Shown: piece after piece, positions 62,211-64,000 of the stretch | Layout: each line of letters starts with the position of its first letter | Numbering within the stretch: position 1 is the stretch's first letter | Source of the DNA: Takakia lepidozioides | Lineage: Eukaryota; Plantae; Bryophyta | Reading direction: 5' to 3' | Length of the DNA: 64,000 nucleotides | NCBI GenBank assembly: GCA_030704615.1 | Contig: CM060733.1 | Location: 10,850,001-10,914,000 of the forward strand | Program-made: the position numbers and the translations under genes | Notes under the pieces: generated by a model | Databases searched by the model: none | The model's input: the letters and a program-made list of their open reading frames with translations, nothing else | Told to the model about the DNA's origin: nothing

Positions 62211-63480
62211 GGAGCTCCGCGATCCAAGCTCTATTTGGTTATTGAAGCTTGTTTTTCTTTTCCTTCCCCTAAGTTCTGCCTTGTGGTGCTTCGCTCTACT
62301 AGTTGTTGGTCTCTTGCCTGTAGGCTATGGTGGCCCTAGTGTTGGCCTCTCTGTTGTCGCGCTCTTCTCTTCTTCTTTGCTTGCCGGTGGTATCCCTGTC
62401 GTACTGCCTTCATGGCCTCCACAAGATTATTTTTTCCCTACTTTTTGCTGACTTTTCTATGTGTTCCCTGGCTTTGGCTCTTTATTATTTAAAAATAATA
62501 ATATTGATACCCGTATTGATATTCAACTGATAGTTTTTTTTTTAAAAAACCCAAACTATTGATACCATATATTTTGCATATCTAAGGGAAATACTTATAT
62601 CAGCATACTATTTGCAAATTTATCATTCTCACGCTTTCGTGGGCGAAACAGAATGAATTGTGTGTAGTTTGCATATTAGTGATTGCTACGAGTGTCAAAT
62701 GCACATGATTAAATATGAAACTATTAATCAACAAAAAGTGTTGATGGAGATGGCACTGACAGGAAATTCCTTATGCCCCAACTTTGCGTATCTTTGTGCG
62801 TGAGCACAAATTTCACATTTTAGTTTCTCTAGAGCATTTTTTTAAGAATATTCTTGGAATGTGTGGCATATCTTCTTCTGCTCACGTGAGCAGGCGCATG
62901 GAGACATGAGCCTGCTCACGTGCTACCCAACCTCTCTCACCCCTAAAAACTCACAGATTTCAGATGATTTTTTTTTCCCCCCCCCCCTCACATTGGCATA
63001 TCCCACCTACTCACTGTTGCAATTAAGTAGATTCCTTGTATTTAGCCTGTAGCAAAATTGCAAGTGAATTTGTGGGCTGCCCATTCTTGACTCACCTTCA
63101 GCGACCCCCTAAAATCAAACTACAAAGGAGCTACAAACAAAACAACTGAAAAAACGCTGAAAATTTGTGGAAAGTCCAGGGTTATCTAGTGAACAATGTG
63201 CTCCCGAAAAACAACTGAAAACAACGCTGTAAGTTAAGGAATTTTGATAAGACCACTGAATTGTTTTGCCCCAGAAACTACAACCGTCTTGGGTTATTTT
63301 TGTTCTCCAATAAATTGTTATAATATCCCAAATTTCACTGTGGATGTCTCAAGGTACTAGGGAGCCAATCTAGATAACTTTGTATACGGTCAGTTTTCAT
63401 GGATGCTACATATGTATTAGATACGGCCCTTTCGCTCATTGGAGGTGCAGTTTTGCAGTACTGCCAAATAGGGACATTTA

Positions 63481-63879
63481 GAGCATCTCCACAGTGCCAC
63501 GACACTTGCCCGAAAACGGCAATCTAATGGCGCGGGGTCCAAAAAAGTAGTGCAGCTTGCTCCACGGTTGGCTCGGCCCGGTAGAATTGCCGTCGGCCCC
63601 ACCTTAATTCTGCCTCCCACCCCGACATTTTGCCAATCATACCGGGACCCGCCAACCACATTACATTTGTGAGTTATTTGTGAGTTAATGAGATATGATG
63701 TCCTCGGTCAACGCGCCAAGATTGTGCTCGAGCGGCGGGCCTGCCTGGGGCTATCTCTACCGGGTCTCCTACCGTCCCAACCGTGGAGCATCAGCCAACT
63801 AGTCTTTGTAAAAAATATTGTCGCCCCTGTAACCAGGGTATATAACGTTTGACGGGCTGTGCTCACCGTGGAGATGCTC
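63481..63879. mobile_element. PIF/Harbinger-derived Tourist-like MITE (399 bp)
   Basis: TIRs GAGCATCTCCACAGTG / CACCGTGGAGATGCTC (15/16), flanked on both sides by a TTA target-site duplication. Confidence 0.9.
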
Positions 63880-64000
63880 TTAGGGCCCCTTCAGACTACG
63901 GATCAAGACCAAGAAACCTTTGGACCAATTTGAAGGTAATTGGTCTCAATAGTGGTCCCTAGATGCATATTAAAATATTAATATCCTAGGGACTAAAGTG

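Noticed and set aside
58650-63230. Short repeats (catctgctgcc units near 58670-58720, gccataaat x3 near 60598, the ctgctcacgtgagcag palindrome near 62878, aaaacaactgaaaa x2) as CRISPR-like or regulatory arrays
   Set aside because: No constant repeat with unique spacers, no cas genes and a eukaryotic context; most likely transposon debris.
63883-64000. Possible second Harbinger-type element starting gggcccctt after the TTA
   Set aside because: The other end would lie outside the window, so it cannot be verified.

Overview
Eukaryotic, intron-rich land-plant nuclear DNA. The PLS-DYW PPR style suggests a seed-free plant, probably a bryophyte; this is inference. It contains five PLS-class PPR-DYW (C-to-U RNA-editing type) genes, called A-E here: A about 1-2.5 kb (-), B 20.5-23.1 kb (+), C 25.3-29.4 kb (+), pseudogene D 30.4-34.6 kb (-) and E 35.8-39.6 kb (-), plus a DYW remnant. 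It also contains a large zf-C3H1 (ZFC3H1/Red1-like) gene, a C-terminal J-domain gene, a 19-exon GH35 beta-galactosidase whose introns hold many fragments of two non-LTR retrotransposon families, and an AT-rich end with a pogo-like element and a Tourist-like MITE. Main observation: once the small upstream exons missed by the ORF track are spliced, every PPR-DYW gene is preceded by all or part of the PDF motif (LWxxFFxNPxxWWDNRxxK / xxPxxPDF(K/R)HKxxxxxLW...PxWV...L) of plant organellar ssDNA-binding OSB proteins. In gene A, half of this motif lies in the same exon and frame as the PPR array. I know no description of this ssDNA-binding-motif + PPR + cytidine deaminase architecture. All exon models were made by hand from GT/GC-AG signals and frame consistency, with no transcript evidence.
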